A stretch of 64,000 nucleotides of DNA from Macrostomum lignano (Eukaryota), in contig NIVC01000736.1 of assembly GCA_002269645.1 (NCBI GenBank), positions 124,001 through 188,000 of the forward strand. Reading direction: 5' to 3'. The translations under genes and the position numbers were made by a program. Of the stretch, positions 22,801 through 35,000 are shown piece by piece. Within the stretch, counting starts at the first letter, position 1; every line of letters starts with the position of its first letter. The notes under the pieces are model-generated. The model saw only the letters and a program-made list of their open reading frames with translations, made no database searches and was not told the DNA's origin.

Positions 22801-25800
22801 CATTCTCTAACCCATCCTTTGACCCATTCTCTAACCCATCCTTTGACCCATTCTCTAACCCATCCTTTGACCCATTCTCTAACCCATCCTTTGACCCATT
22901 CTCTAACCCATCCTTTGACCCATTCTCTAACCCATCCTTTGACCTATATCTTTACGCCTTCCTTTGAGTTTCGGACGCCCCGGGCCCTCCATTGCAGGCC
23001 TCCGATGAGGCGAACTTCATCGCCGCCTTCCGCCGCAGCGTGTACATCTGCCGCATCGCCCCGGACCCGAACAGCGGCCGGAGAGTCGGCCAGATCGTGG
23101 CCAGCTTCAGCTTCCCGATGACCGTCTGCGGCATCTGCGGCTTCGGCAAGGAGCTGCTGCTGCTCAGCCAGAAGGAAAAGGAGAAGCCGCAGCTGCACCT
23201 GGTGGAGCCCGGCATCGACACCTACGTGGAGCTCGCGATTGAGGAGCTCAAGGTGACCGAGAGGTCTAGTAGACTGCAGTGGCCGGGTCTAGTAGGCTGC
23301 AGTGGCCGGGTCTAGTAGGCTGCAGTGGCCGGGTCTAGTAGGCTGCAGTGGCCGGGTCTAGTAGGCTGCAGTGGCCGGGTCTAGTAGGCTGCAGTGGCCG
23401 GGTCTAGTAGGCTGCAGTGGCCGGGTCTAGTAGGCTGCAGTGGCCGGGTCTAGTAGGCTATAGTGGCCGGGTCTAGTAGGCTGCAGTGGCCGGGTCTAGT
23501 AGGCTATAGTGGCCGGGTCTAGTAGGCTGCAGTGGCCGGGTCTAGTAGGCTGCAGTGGCCGGGTCTAGTAGATTGCAGTGGCCAGGTCTAGTAGGCTGCA
23601 GTGGCCGGGTCTAGTAGGCTATAGTGGCCGGGTCTAGTAGGCTGCAGTGGCCGGGTCTAGTAGATTGCAGTGGCCGGGTCTAGTAGGCTGCAGTGGCCGG
23701 GTCTAGTAGATTGCAGTGGCCGGGTCTAGTAGGCTGCAGTGGCCGGGTCTAGTAGGCTGCAGTGACCGGGTCTAGTAGGCTGCAGTGGCCGGGTCTAGTA
23801 GGTTGCAGTGGCCAGGTCTAGTAGGCTGCAGTGGCCGGGTCTAGTAGGCTGCAGTGGCCGGGTCTAGTAGGCTGCAGTGGCCGGGTCTAGTAGGCTGCAG
23901 TGGCCGGGTCTAGTAGATTGCAGTGGCCAGGTCTAGTAGGCTGCAGTGGCCGGGTCTAGTAGGTTGCAGTAGCCGGGTCTAGTAGGTTGCAGTGACCAGG
24001 TCTAGTAGGCTGCACTAGTCAGGTCTAGTAGGCTGCAATGGCCGGGTCTAGTAGGCTGCAGTGGCCGGGTCTAGTAGATTGCAGTGGCCAGGTCTAGTAG
24101 GCTGCAGTGGCCGGGTCTAGTAGGTTGCAGTAGCCGGGTCTAGTAGGTTGCAGTGACCAGGTCTAGTAGGCTGCACTAGTCAGGTCTAGTAGGCTGCAAT
24201 GGCCGGGTCTAGTAGGCTGCAGTGGCCGGGTCTAGTAGGCTGCAGTGGCCGGGTCTAGTAGGCTGAAGTGCTCATACCTTGTTGCGTCCCTTCACTTCAA
24301 AGGGACGCAACAAGGTCACTTCAAACTTCTCGCTTCTGCAAAGCGAGGCAGTTGGTAACCAGGGCTGACCTGGCAATTCCAGGTGCGCGGTTTCGAGCGC
24401 TACAGCCCAGCAAACTTTCGGTTTGAGCAACTTCGCTCAGAGGGCATGTACTTTATTGTGTGCCCCAAGGACATCATCTGCGCCCAGCAGCGGGACAGGT
24501 CCGACCATCTGCAGTGGCTGCTGTCGCGCGGCAAGTTCAAACAGGCCCTCGACGATGTCAAACAAGGCGGCTCGATAGGGGAGTTCACTGCGGCCAGCGT
24601 CGGCCGGAAGTACATTGATCACCTGCTGTCTGTCGGGCAGTTCGGCCAGGCCGCTGAGCTCTGCCAGACTGTCCTGTCCGGCAAGGAGGAATGGGAGGCC
24701 ATGGCGTACCAATTTCACCAGGCCGGCTGCACCAGTGCGCTGGCCAGGTTCGTCCTGAAGCTGGGTGGGGTGGCTGGGGCATTGGGAGTGGGGTGGCTAA
24801 GGCATTGGGAGTGGGGTGGCTGGGGCATTGGGAGTGGGCTGGCTGGGGCATTGGGAGTGGGGTGGCTGGGGCATTGGGAGTGGGGTGGCTGGGGCATTGG
24901 GAGCGGGGTGGCTGGGGCATTGGGAGCGGGCTGGCTAAGGCATTGGGAGTGGGCTGGCTGGGGCATTGGGAGTGGGCTGGCTGGGGCATTGGGAGTGGGG
25001 TGGCTGGGGCATTGGGAGTGGGCTGGCTGGGGCATTGGGAGTGGGCTGGCTGGGGCATTGGGAGTGGGGTGGCTGGGGCATTGGGAGTGGGCTGGCTGGG
25101 GCATTGGGAGTGGGCTGGCTGGGGCATTGGGAGTGGGCTGGCTGGGGCATTGGGAGTGGGCTGGCTGGGGCATTGGGAGTGTGGGGTGGCTGAGACAGAA
25201 CCACATTAGGAGTGGGTTGGGCCACAGTGTACACATTGGGAGTGGTGTGGTGTTAATAATGCTGTATTCAAAACTCACCTGTAGACACCTGCCGAAATCC
25301 AAGCCCCAGCTGGACACCAGCGTGTACGACTTGGTGCTAAACGAAGTGTTCAAAACCGACAGAGAGCAGTTCCTCGAGCTTATTAACTCCTGGCCTAGCA
25401 ACCTGTTTAGCGTTCGAGCTGTGACTCGGGTGAGCTGAAATCTAAATGATTAAGCAATCAACTGACAGCATTGACTAAGCTTTTCCCTACTTTTTTGCTG
25501 TCCCGAACCGCCCAGGTGGTGGCTGAGGACCTGAGCCGGCAGCCGAACGACCAAATTCTGAACCGCTGTCTGGCCCGGCTGTACGAGCTGTCGGGTGAGC
25601 ACGAGAAGACGCTGAGCATCCTGCTCAAGCTGCGCAGCTGCGACGCATTCGCTCTGGTGCGGCGGCACCGCCTGCATAGCCACGTGGTGAACAAACTGCC
25701 ACTGCTGTTCAGCATCAACCGGGAGCGGACCCTGCAGATGCTGCTGGATGATCAGGTCGCTCAGATGAAATTGGCTGTAGTTGTGCCTGTAATTTGGCTG

Positions 25801-27702
25801 TGATTTGGCTGTAATTTGGCTGTAATTGTAGGGGAGCGGAGAAATTGGAGATTTGGCTGTAATTGTGACTGTAAATACGGCTGTAATTGTGACTGTAAAT
25901 ATGGCTGTAATTTTGACTGTAAATATGGCTGTAATTGTTACTGTAAATATGGCTGTAATTGTGACTGTAAATATGGCTGTAATTGTGACTGTAAATATGG
26001 CTGTAGTTGTGACTGTAAATATGGCTGTAATTGTGACTGTAAATATGGCTGTAATTGTGACTGTAAATATGGCTGTAATTGTGACTGTAAATATTGCTGT
26101 AATTGTGACTGTAAATATGGCTGTAATTGTGACTGTAAATATGGCTGTAATTGTGACTGTAAATATGGCTGTAATTGTGACTGTAAATATGGCTGTAATT
26201 GTGACTGTAAATATGGCTGTAATTGTGACTGTAAATATGGCTGTAATTGTACCTGTTCTCAATGGCAGGCTGGCTTCTCCATCAGCTCCATCATCTCCGA
26301 GCTGTCATCGAATTCCGGCCTGCTCTGCGACTATCTGGACGCTGTGCACTTGAAGGACCCGGCCAGGGTGGAGAAGCACGCGGACAAGATGGTGGAGCTG
26401 TACGCCGACCACGCCAGGCAGAAGCTGCTGCCGTTCCTGCGCTCGTCGAGCGGCTTCAAGTACGAGCTGGCGCTGGCGCTGTGCGCTGACCGGCAGCTCA
26501 CGGAGGAGACCGTGTACATCCTGGCCAGGATGGGCCGGCGGCGGGACGCCCTGAACCTGCTTCTGGATGAGCAGCAGTTCGACCGAGTGGTGGGTGAATT
26601 TCCTTACCTTTTTTCATATTCTTCGAAGAATTCAAAAATCGCTTTCGAACTCGCGTCTCTCAGGTGCAATTCTGCCGCGACGAAGCGGACCCGGAGCTGT
26701 GGATGGCCGCCGCCGAGGCCGCCAGCGACAGGCCCAGGCTGATCACCACCCTGCTGGAGAACTCTGGCAGCGAGGTGGACCCGGCCATCCTCATCCACAA
26801 GATCCAGCCCGGCATGGTGGTGCCCGGCCTCAGAAACTCCATTGTGAAGCTGCTCAGCGACTACCGGGTTGGCACCGCTCTCACCCAGGGCTGCGCCACC
26901 ATCCAGTCTCAGGACTGCCAGAACCTCATTCACAAGCAGGTGGGCTTTCACGCTCGTACGGGGAATCACGGATGTTTGGACTAGTCAGATTAGAGAATAG
27001 GTCTCAGTGAGATTAGAGAATAGGCCTCAGTGAGATTAGAGAATATGTCTCAGTGAGATTAGAGAATAGGTCTCAGTGAGATTAGAGAATAGGTCTCAGT
27101 GAGATTAGAGAATAGGTCTCAGTGAGATTAGAGAATAGGTCTCAGTGAGATTAGAGAATAGGTCTCAGTGAGATTAGAGAATAGGTCTCAGTGAGATTAG
27201 AGAATAGGTCTCAGTGAGATTAGAGAATAGGTCTCAGTGAGATTAGAGAATAGGTCTCAGTGAGATTAGAGAATAGGTCTCAGTGAGATTAGAGAATAGG
27301 TCTCAGTGAGATTAGAGAATAGGTCTCAGCGAGATTAGAGAATAGGTCTCAGTGAGATTAGAGAATAGGTCTCAGCGAGATTAGAGAATAGGTCTCAGTG
27401 AGATTAGAGAATAGGTCTCAGTGACATAGGCAACAGCCCAAATCCCGTACAATTTATAAAATTCCCAGATCGCGTTCGCCCGCCGCCCAATGTCTGTGAG
27501 TCCCAGCAGCAATCTGTGCGTTCGCTGCCGAACTCCCCTGCTGGTTGCCAGGCGGATGGGGGAGGCCCCGCCTGACGCCGGCGAGGCGCACCTGCTGCTG
27601 TTCAACTGCGGCCACTACTTCCATGCGGAGTGCCGCCAGGGCAGCGAGGCTGCCGCAGTTGCCGACACTGACTGTCCAGCCTGTGCTGGCATGTGCTACT
27701 GA
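15198..27702 (+). CDS. VPS41: Vacuolar protein sorting 41 (HOPS subunit); exons 15198-15599, 16021-16305, 22998-23252, 24383-24747, 25285-25429, 25516-25755, 26269-26589, 26664-26939, 27469-27702
   Basis: Acidic N-terminus then EPRLKYHRV. WD40 propeller (LAVHSKFICVGTNWGNIYILDHMGN, VNQISVDEKGEYLASCSMD). VRGF...YFIVCPKDII...DHLQWLL. Clathrin-heavy-chain-like repeat (KMVELYADHARQKLLPFLRSS, VYILARMG). C-terminal RING-like CVRC...CGHYFHAEC...CPAC. All introns are GT-AG with consistent phases. Confidence 0.96.
16571..16930 (+). mobile_element. tRNA-derived SINE with a CORE/V-like central domain, an internal (GT)n tract and an (ATT)n tail
   Basis: A-box-like TAGCCTAGTGGTCAGAGC and B-box GGTTCGATCC. 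These are followed by TGTGTCCTTGAGCAAGACA...CTGTAAAATGGG, which resembles the conserved SINE CORE/V motifs. The element ends in ATAATAATTATTATTATTATT. Confidence 0.85.
17606..21296. mobile_element. 3.7-kb non-autonomous TIR DNA transposon with CCC...GGG termini (CMC/EnSpm-like)
   Basis: Perfect 27-bp TIR CCCTATGAAAAATTGGCCCGAATTTTC at 17606 and its reverse complement ending at 21296. Subterminal CGCCCG/CACCCG-AAA repeats at both ends. AA is duplicated on both sides relative to the host repeat unit (apparent 2-bp TSD). No transposase ORF is seen. Confidence 0.88.
23268..24265. repeat. 23-bp intronic minisatellite (CTGCAGTGGCCGGGTCTAGTAGG), about 43 copies
   Basis: Tandem array in VPS41 intron 3, starting about 15 nt after the donor. 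Confidence 0.96.
24765..25195. repeat. 23-bp G-rich intronic minisatellite (GGCTGGGGCATTGGGAGTGGG[C/G]T), about 18 copies
   Basis: Tandem array in VPS41 intron 4. Confidence 0.94.
25850..26250. repeat. 24-bp intronic minisatellite (AATTGTGACTGTAAATATGGCTGT), about 16 copies
   Basis: Tandem array in VPS41 intron 6. The CNCDCKYG and TVNMAVIV ORFs are artefacts. Confidence 0.95.
26985..27423. repeat. 23-bp intronic minisatellite (AGTGAGATTAGAGAATAGGTCTC), about 19 copies
   Basis: Tandem array in VPS41 intron 8. Confidence 0.96.
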
Positions 27703-27871
27703 CTGTGTCACAGCCTTGCCTTCTAGTCTTTGTCAAAGTTTGTCTACTGATAACTGGATAGTAGTGTAGTGCGAGTGTGTTGCAGAGTAGAAATCCTGAT
27801 CAGCCCAGCTCTAGCCTTGGTCTAAATAGGCTAGCTAATGAGCTGTAGAGGACAGGAACCGGTCTTGGCAG

Positions 27872-27901
27872 TCAGACAGACAGACAGACAGATAGACAGA
27901 C

Positions 27902-27976
<75 letters not shown>

Positions 27977-27993
27977 TAGACAGATAGACAGAC

Positions 27994-28072
<79 letters not shown>

Positions 28073-28077
28073 TAGAA

Positions 28078-28108
<31 letters not shown>

Positions 28109-28137
28109 TAGACAGACAGACAGACAGACAGATAGAA

Positions 28138-28190
<53 letters not shown>
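27872..28190. repeat. (CAGA)n microsatellite with TAGA variants
   Basis: Seen directly. Confidence 0.97.
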
Positions 28191-28192
<2 letters not shown>

Positions 28193-28649
28193 GCTAAACA
28201 AGCTGGTGTGTCAAACTGTGAGTGTTGGTTATTATGAAAACTTTTGCATATTCCAAGCACTACTCTAATTATTTAGTTTAGAAATATTATCACTACATCA
28301 ACTTGTATCGATTGCTCTGACTTTTTATTGATTGGTCATTTCTACATTGATATTGCAAACTGATAGCTGTGTGATTCTCTTTTATATACGCTCGTAATTG
28401 TTTAATACAGATGTATAATTTCGGTTAAAGATTATCTGAGTCAGAAATCAATTGTACAGACTGTTCTTTCCATAAATATGTATTTAAATTTTTAACTAGA
28501 TGATTTTAAATACAACTACAGTAAAATCATTATTTGGTATTTCTATACATCTGCTGCTGTCTGCAAGCCTGGCAGACACACCAGCCCTGCGAGTCAATTG
28601 GAATGGTTCATGGATTCTGCAATTGGTCATTTAAACTTTGCTCAGAACT

Positions 28650-29275
28650 TACAGAATTACCACTCAGCCCCTACAGAATCGCCACTCAGCCCCTACAGAA
28701 TCGCCACTCAGCCCCTACAGAATCGCCACTCAGCCCCTACAGAATCGCCATTCAGCCCCTACAGAATCGCCACTCAGCCCCTACAGAATCGCCACTCAGC
28801 CCCTACAGAATCGCCACTCAGCCCCTACAGAATCGCCACTCAGCCCCTACAGAATCGCCAATCAGCCCCTACAGAATCGCCAATCAGCCCCTACAGAATC
28901 GCCACTCAGCCCCTACAGAATCGCCATTCAGCCCCCACAGAATCGCCACTCAGCCCCTACAGAATCGCCACTCAACCCCTACAGAATCGCCATTCAGCCC
29001 CTACAGAATCGCCAATCAGCCCCTACAGAATTACCACTCAGCCCCTACAGAATCGCCACTCAGCCCCTACAGAATCGCCATTCAGCCCCTACAGAATCGC
29101 CACTCAGCCCCTACAGAATCGCCACTCAGCCCCTACAGAATCGCCAATCAGCCCCTACAGAATCGCCACTCAGCCCCTACAGAATCGCCACTCAGCCCCT
29201 ACAGAATCGCCAATCAGCCCCTACAGAATCGCCACTCAGCCCCTACAGAATCGCCAATCAGCCCCTACAGAATCC
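28650..29275. repeat. 22-bp minisatellite (CAGCCCCTACAGAATCGCCACT), about 28 copies
   Basis: The tandem array ends about 40 nt upstream of the sorting-nexin ATG. Confidence 0.96.
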
Positions 29276-29314
29276 GGACGTTCTTGCAGTGCAACCTGCG
29301 GCAATGCGGATGCC

Positions 29315-32005
29315 ATGATGAATAAGGACCAGCAGCTTCTCTTGAAGGCCTGCGGGCTGATTTCGGTGGCTTCGGCGCTGCGGCTGCTCTGGCAGGGCTC
29401 GCCCATCTTCCTCGCCGCCATCACCCTGCTGGCAGCCGCTGTCGCTTTCGCCCTCGCCGATGAAGGCCAGTCCTGGGAGCGGCTGCTCCGCTGCCTCATC
29501 TCCAACGCAGAGGCGCCGCCGTCCTCCGTGCTGCGCCGCCACCGCGAGGCCGAGCTGCGTCGGTCCGTCGAGTCGTTGAAGTCGGAGATTCTTGAGGCCT
29601 GCCTGGCCTCCTGGCTGCGCCCGCTGTCCGCAGGGCCGGACAGTCCGGAGCTGGCCCGGACACTCGGCGAAGCCCGCCGGGCCGTCGACTGCGCAGCTGA
29701 CGGCCTGCTGGCCCGGCTGGAGGCCTGCGGGCGGCCCGCGCTGGCGGCTCGCCTGCTGCGGCTGGCGTGTCGCTTCCTGGCGGCTCGCTTCCGCGCCATC
29801 GATGAGGGCGAAGGGGAGAGCGGCGGGTGGCTGCTGGCCGACTGCTGGCCCGACCTCTGCTCGGAGGAGTCGGCGGGGCTGCTGACTGGTGAGATTATCG
29901 GGTTTATGGGATTATCGGGTTTATGGGATTATCGGGTTTATGGGATTGTCTTGTTTATTGGGATTATCGGGTTTATGGGATTATCTGGTTTGTGGAATTA
30001 TCGGCTTTATTGGATTAACTGGTTTATGGGATTATTGGGTTTATTGGGTTATCTGGTTAGTGAGATTATCTGGTTTACGGGATTATCTGGCGTGCTCTTA
30101 AATGCTCAGGATTCGGTGAGATGAGCAGAAATGGATGGTGTCGCAAAGGCATGCCGCCAGGGTTTCCCACCCCAAGCCAATGGCCGCATTTTTTGCTCGA
30201 GTGGCTCCCGTACAGGCCGAGCCCCGACCCCTTCTTCACCTCGCAGCTGCCGTGAACACCGGCCTCACCCACCTGCTGCCGCCGCAGGAGGCCGCCTGCG
30301 GTCCCCTGCGGCAGCTGCTGCTGCACTCGCTGTGCTACCGGCTGTGCCGACCTGCCCTGGCGCGCGCCGCACAGCTGCCCTCCTGCTGCCCGCTGCGACC
30401 GCCGGAACTCGGCGACAGACCCGCCGTTGTGTTCGACCTGCCTGGCGACTGCGGCTGGGACGGCTGCGCTGAAGATGGAGCGGCCGGTGACAGGTGGATT
30501 GAGGTGAGCAGATGCTGCAGCTGTGGCTGGGGCCATGAACTGCAGGCAGATGATGCAGCTGTGGCTGGGGCCATGAACTGCAGGCAGGTGCTGCACACTG
30601 AGCTGTGGCTGGGGCCATGAACTGTAGGCAGGTGCTGCACACTGAGCTGTGGCTGGGGCCATGAACTGCAGGCAGATGATGCAGCTGTGGCTGGGGCCAT
30701 GAACTGCAGGCAGATGATGCAGCTGTGGCTGGGGCCATGAACTGCAGGCAGATGATGCAGCTGTGGCTGGGGCCATGAACTGCAGGCAGATGCTGCAGCT
30801 GTGGCTGCGGCCATGAACTGCAGGCAGATGCTGCACACTGAGCTCTGCAATTCACCCTCCCCACCCCGTCTTCCACGTCAAGGCGCAGGCAGCGCCGCTC
30901 GGGATGCCGGTCCGCGGCAGCATCCCCTCGCTGTCTGCGCTGCACCGCACTGAAGATCCTGACGGCCCGGCTGGACGTGTCCAAGGCTGCGACAATGACG
31001 AGGGATCGATGAGTCAGCTGTTCTCATCGGCCAGCCACAGGCGGAGAACAAAGTCTTCCAGCACCAGTGGCACCTCTGGGGAAACCGCGCATGCGGCTGT
31101 GAGTGCGGAGGTCCGCCTCAAGTCCAGTGCCAGTGAGTGAAAGGTGGGGCAGACAGGCAGTGTGCAAATGTGTGAGTTGTCCTTGGCAACGCAAGCCACC
31201 CGCACTCCTCAGGCGCTTCTGTGGGCAACATTTCCGGCGTTGAAGCTGCCGCTGCCGCTCATGCCGCCCTCAGGCATCGACCATTTGAGAACATCGTCAT
31301 TGTTGGCACCGAGAAAGTGATTGACAGGAAGGGCAAGGCGTACACCTTGTATATTATCAAGGTAGGCATGCCAGAGGTTTTTTACACATTAAGTACACAT
31401 GAACGCGTTGATTAGTGCAGCTGTACTCATCGATAAGTATACATTAGCACTTTGATTAGTGCAGCTGTACTCATCGATAAGTATACATTAGCACTTTGAT
31501 TAGTGCAGCTGTACTCATCGATAAGTACACATTAGCACTTTGATTAGTGCAGCTGTACTCATCGATAAGTACACAATAACGCTTTGATTAGTGCAGCTGC
31601 ACCTCATCGAAAAGTACATTTGAAACAATTGTTTAGCTCGTACAGCAGTTAAATTCTGTTTTCATCCGCTCTCCGCTCCTCCCCCCGCCGCAGTATCTCG
31701 CCTGGTACTCCGACGTGGATCGCAGCAGGCAGCAGCAGCCACCGGCGTGTAAGTCCGCCGTCTCCCGTCAGCGGGTTGTAAAGCGTCGCTACAAGCAGTT
31801 CGCCGGGCTCTACAAAGACCTGTGCGCCCACAGGGGCTATCGGGACCGCCTGCAGTCGGTGCGCGGCCCCGACTTCAAATCCCGTCTGGTGGTCGGAGAG
31901 ATGCACGAGACTCGCATCGCCAGGAGAATCGGCCTGCTGACCGACTTCCTGCAGGTTTGGGGCTGCACTGTATGTAGCTTCTGTATGTCTGTCTGTCCGT
32001 CTTAG

Positions 32006-32048
<43 letters not shown>

Positions 32049-35000
32049 AAATCTGTCCCAATCGAGATAAATTTAATGCTTATAGTTAAAAAGTTTCTCA
32101 TTTGCTCAGCACACTTGCCTACTGACAGTAGCAAATATCGCGTACGCTATCCGCCCATCTGATAGGCTCTAATCGCCACTCCGGAGGTGTGCACCTCAGC
32201 AGAGCTGAAGGCATTTCTTGACTACACAGACGATAGCGACCCGCTGCCGGCCAGTGCGGCGGTTGGCGACTCGGCGGGTGGCTTCAGGCCGAAGCTGGAG
32301 AGGGTGAGCCGCCATCCCGGATCACTGCATCCAGTTGGGTTTCTGGGGCTTGTTCCGTGCCAGTGAGGCTCTCACTGTATTTCTGGGGCTTATTCCGGGT
32401 CAGTGAGGCCCTCACTGTGTTTCTGGGGCTTATTCCGGGTCAGTGAGGCCCTCACTGTATTTCTGGTGCTTATTCCGGGTCAGTGAGGCTCTCACTGTAT
32501 TTCTGGTGCTTATTCCCAATCAGTGAGGCTCTCACTGTGTTTGTGGCGCTTATTCCGGGTCAGTGAGGCTCTCACTGTGTTTTTGGGGCTTATTCCGGGT
32601 CAGTGAGGCTCTCACTGTGTTTTTGGGGCTTATTCCAGGTCAGTGAGGCTCTCACTGTGTTTTCAGTCCTGAGCTCCCCAATCCCTGCCCAGGTGCTCTC
32701 TGACGTGGCCGACCTTCTGCCGAGGCTGTTCTCAAGCGGTGGTCAGTTGGAAAACGCAACCGGGCCGCCCCTGAGCTCGGAAGCCAAGGATGAGCAGCCT
32801 CGGCAGCCTTGTGTGGAATTTGAGTTCAGCCTGCAGGTGAGCCGCGTTCGGGATGAAGTGTCTGACATGGCCTTTTTTATTGTCAGTCTGCTCGCAGCCG
32901 CAGGCGGTTTTGCGTTTGTACTCTAATTTTACTCAAATTGCTGAGCCCCAACAGTCTGTCAGCTGAGCAAACCTGCTCAGTTTGTCTTTTATTGGCTTCA
33001 AATTTTATTGCTAATCATAAAACTGATAATAATCTCTGGCTCGCCTTCTCTGCGCTCAGAGTCAGTTCTCTGCGCATTGCGGTAACATGAGCCATGAGCA
33101 TTAGGTATTTGTTTTCTGGTTTAAACTAATTAGAAACTGTTTGTTTGAATGTGGGACAGATTCGGCATAGAACTTTGGATATCTGGTAGAGTACGCTGCA
33201 GATTAGGTAAAGTAGGCTTTTTGTAGAGTTTCTGTAGATTTGACAGATTAGGTTGTAGATTTGGTAGAGTAGGCTGTAAATTTGGTAGAGTAGGCTGTAG
33301 ATTTGGTAGAGTAGGCTGTAGATTTGGTAGATTCGGCTGTAGATTTGGTAGAGTACGCTGTAGATTTGGTAGAGTCGGCTGTAGATTTGGTAGATTCGGC
33401 TGTAGATTTGGTAGATTCGGCTGTAGATTTGGTAGAGTAGGCTATAAATTTGGTAGATTCGGCTGTAGATTTGGTAGATTAGGCTGTAGATTTGGTAGAG
33501 TAGGCTGTAGATTTGGTAGAGTAGGCTGTAGATTTGGTAGATTCGGCTGTAGATTTGGTAGAGTAGGCTGTAGATTTGGTAGAGTAGGCTGTAGATTTGG
33601 TAGATTCGGCTGTAGATTTGGTAGAGTAGGCTGTAGATTTGGTAGAGTGGGCTATAGATTTGGTAGAGTCGGCTGTAGTTTTGGTGAAGTAGGTTTTAAA
33701 TTTAGTAGAGTAGGCTGTAAATGTTTTCCTGCAATTTCACAGTCTCTTGTCTTTTCCCTTTAAGATCCCACAGGCTGCTCAGCTGATCGCTGATGAGGAA
33801 AGAAAGATGGCCGCCCTGGCAGCTGACCGAGACCGCTGTGAGTCTACATAAATCGACCCGCTTGAAGCATGTCTTGACCCAGCTCTCGACCCACCTCTTG
33901 AAACATGTCTTGACCCAGCTCTTGACCCACTTCTTGAAACATGTCTTGACCCAGCTCTCGACCCACTTCTTGAAACATGTCTTGACCCAGCTCTCGACCC
34001 ACTTCTTGAAACATGTCTAGACCCAGCTCTCGACCCACTTCTTGAAACATGTCTTGACCCAGCTCTCGACCCACTTCTTGAAACATGTCTTGACCCAGCT
34101 CTCGACCCACTTCTTGAAACATGTCTTGACCCAGCTCTTGACCCACTTCTTGAAACATGTATTGACCCAGCTCTTGACCCACTTCTTGAAACATGTCTTG
34201 ACCCAGCTCTCGACCCACTTCTTGAAACATGTCTTGACCCAGCTCTCGACCCACTTCTTGAAACATGTCTTGACCCAGCTCTTGACCCACTTCTTGAAAC
34301 ATGTCTTGACCCAGCTCTCGACCCACTTCTTGAAACATGTCTTGACCCAGCTCTCGACCCACTTCTTGAAACATGTCTTGACCCAGCCCATTTCAATTCT
34401 TTAAGGCGCTCCTCCACCTCCGCCCCCGCTGCCGCGCTCCGGAGCCGCTGACGCGGAGGTCGAAACCCTGCACGACCTGGAGGCAGCAACCCACCAGCTG
34501 GCCCTGCTGCTCACGGAACGCTACCGCCCCACCTGGTGGCCAGCGGTGCTTCAGGGACCGCTGTGCCGGCTGACTGCTCTAGCGGTTGCCAGGTAAGTCA
34601 TTGCAGCTCATCGCTTGCACTGCATCCACTGGTACGGCCTTCTCTTGATCCTGTTACTCCAATCAAATCTGATTATTGAGTGGCCCGGATCTGTATGAAC
34701 AAAATCTTGGTACAAAATTAGAATCAATATTTTACACTTCTGTCTCTCTTTGTGTGCGTACCTTAATTTTCGGATTAGTGACCTGTGGGATTAGTGACCT
34801 GTGGGATTAGTGACCTGTAAGATCAGTGACCTGTGGGATTAGTGACCTGTCAGATTAGTGACCTGTCGGATTAGTGACCTGTCGGATTAGTGACCTGTCG
34901 GATTAGTGACCTGTAGGATTAGTGACCTGTCGGATTAGTGACCCGTGGGATTAGTGACCTGTTGAATTAATGGCCTGTAGGATTAGTGACTTGTCGGATT

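Larger units (their letters stand above)
16330..22945. repeat. 24-bp minisatellite (AACCCATCCTTTGACCCATTCTCT and variants) in three blocks: 16330-16565, 16930-17605, 21297-22945
   Basis: The tandem array in VPS41 intron 2 is split by a SINE and a TIR element. The unit consists of two related 12-mers. Confidence 0.96.

Noticed and set aside
21307-23121. 604-aa THPLTHSL ORF and other repeat ORFs ([42 protein letters not shown])
   Set aside because: They come from stop-free minisatellite units inside introns or intergenic DNA. The flanking exons splice around them in frame.
28598-29314. N-terminal extension of the sorting nexin through the 22-bp array
   Set aside because: The extension is just the repeat read in frame. 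The hydrophobic N-terminus expected for PXA nexins starts at ATG 29315.
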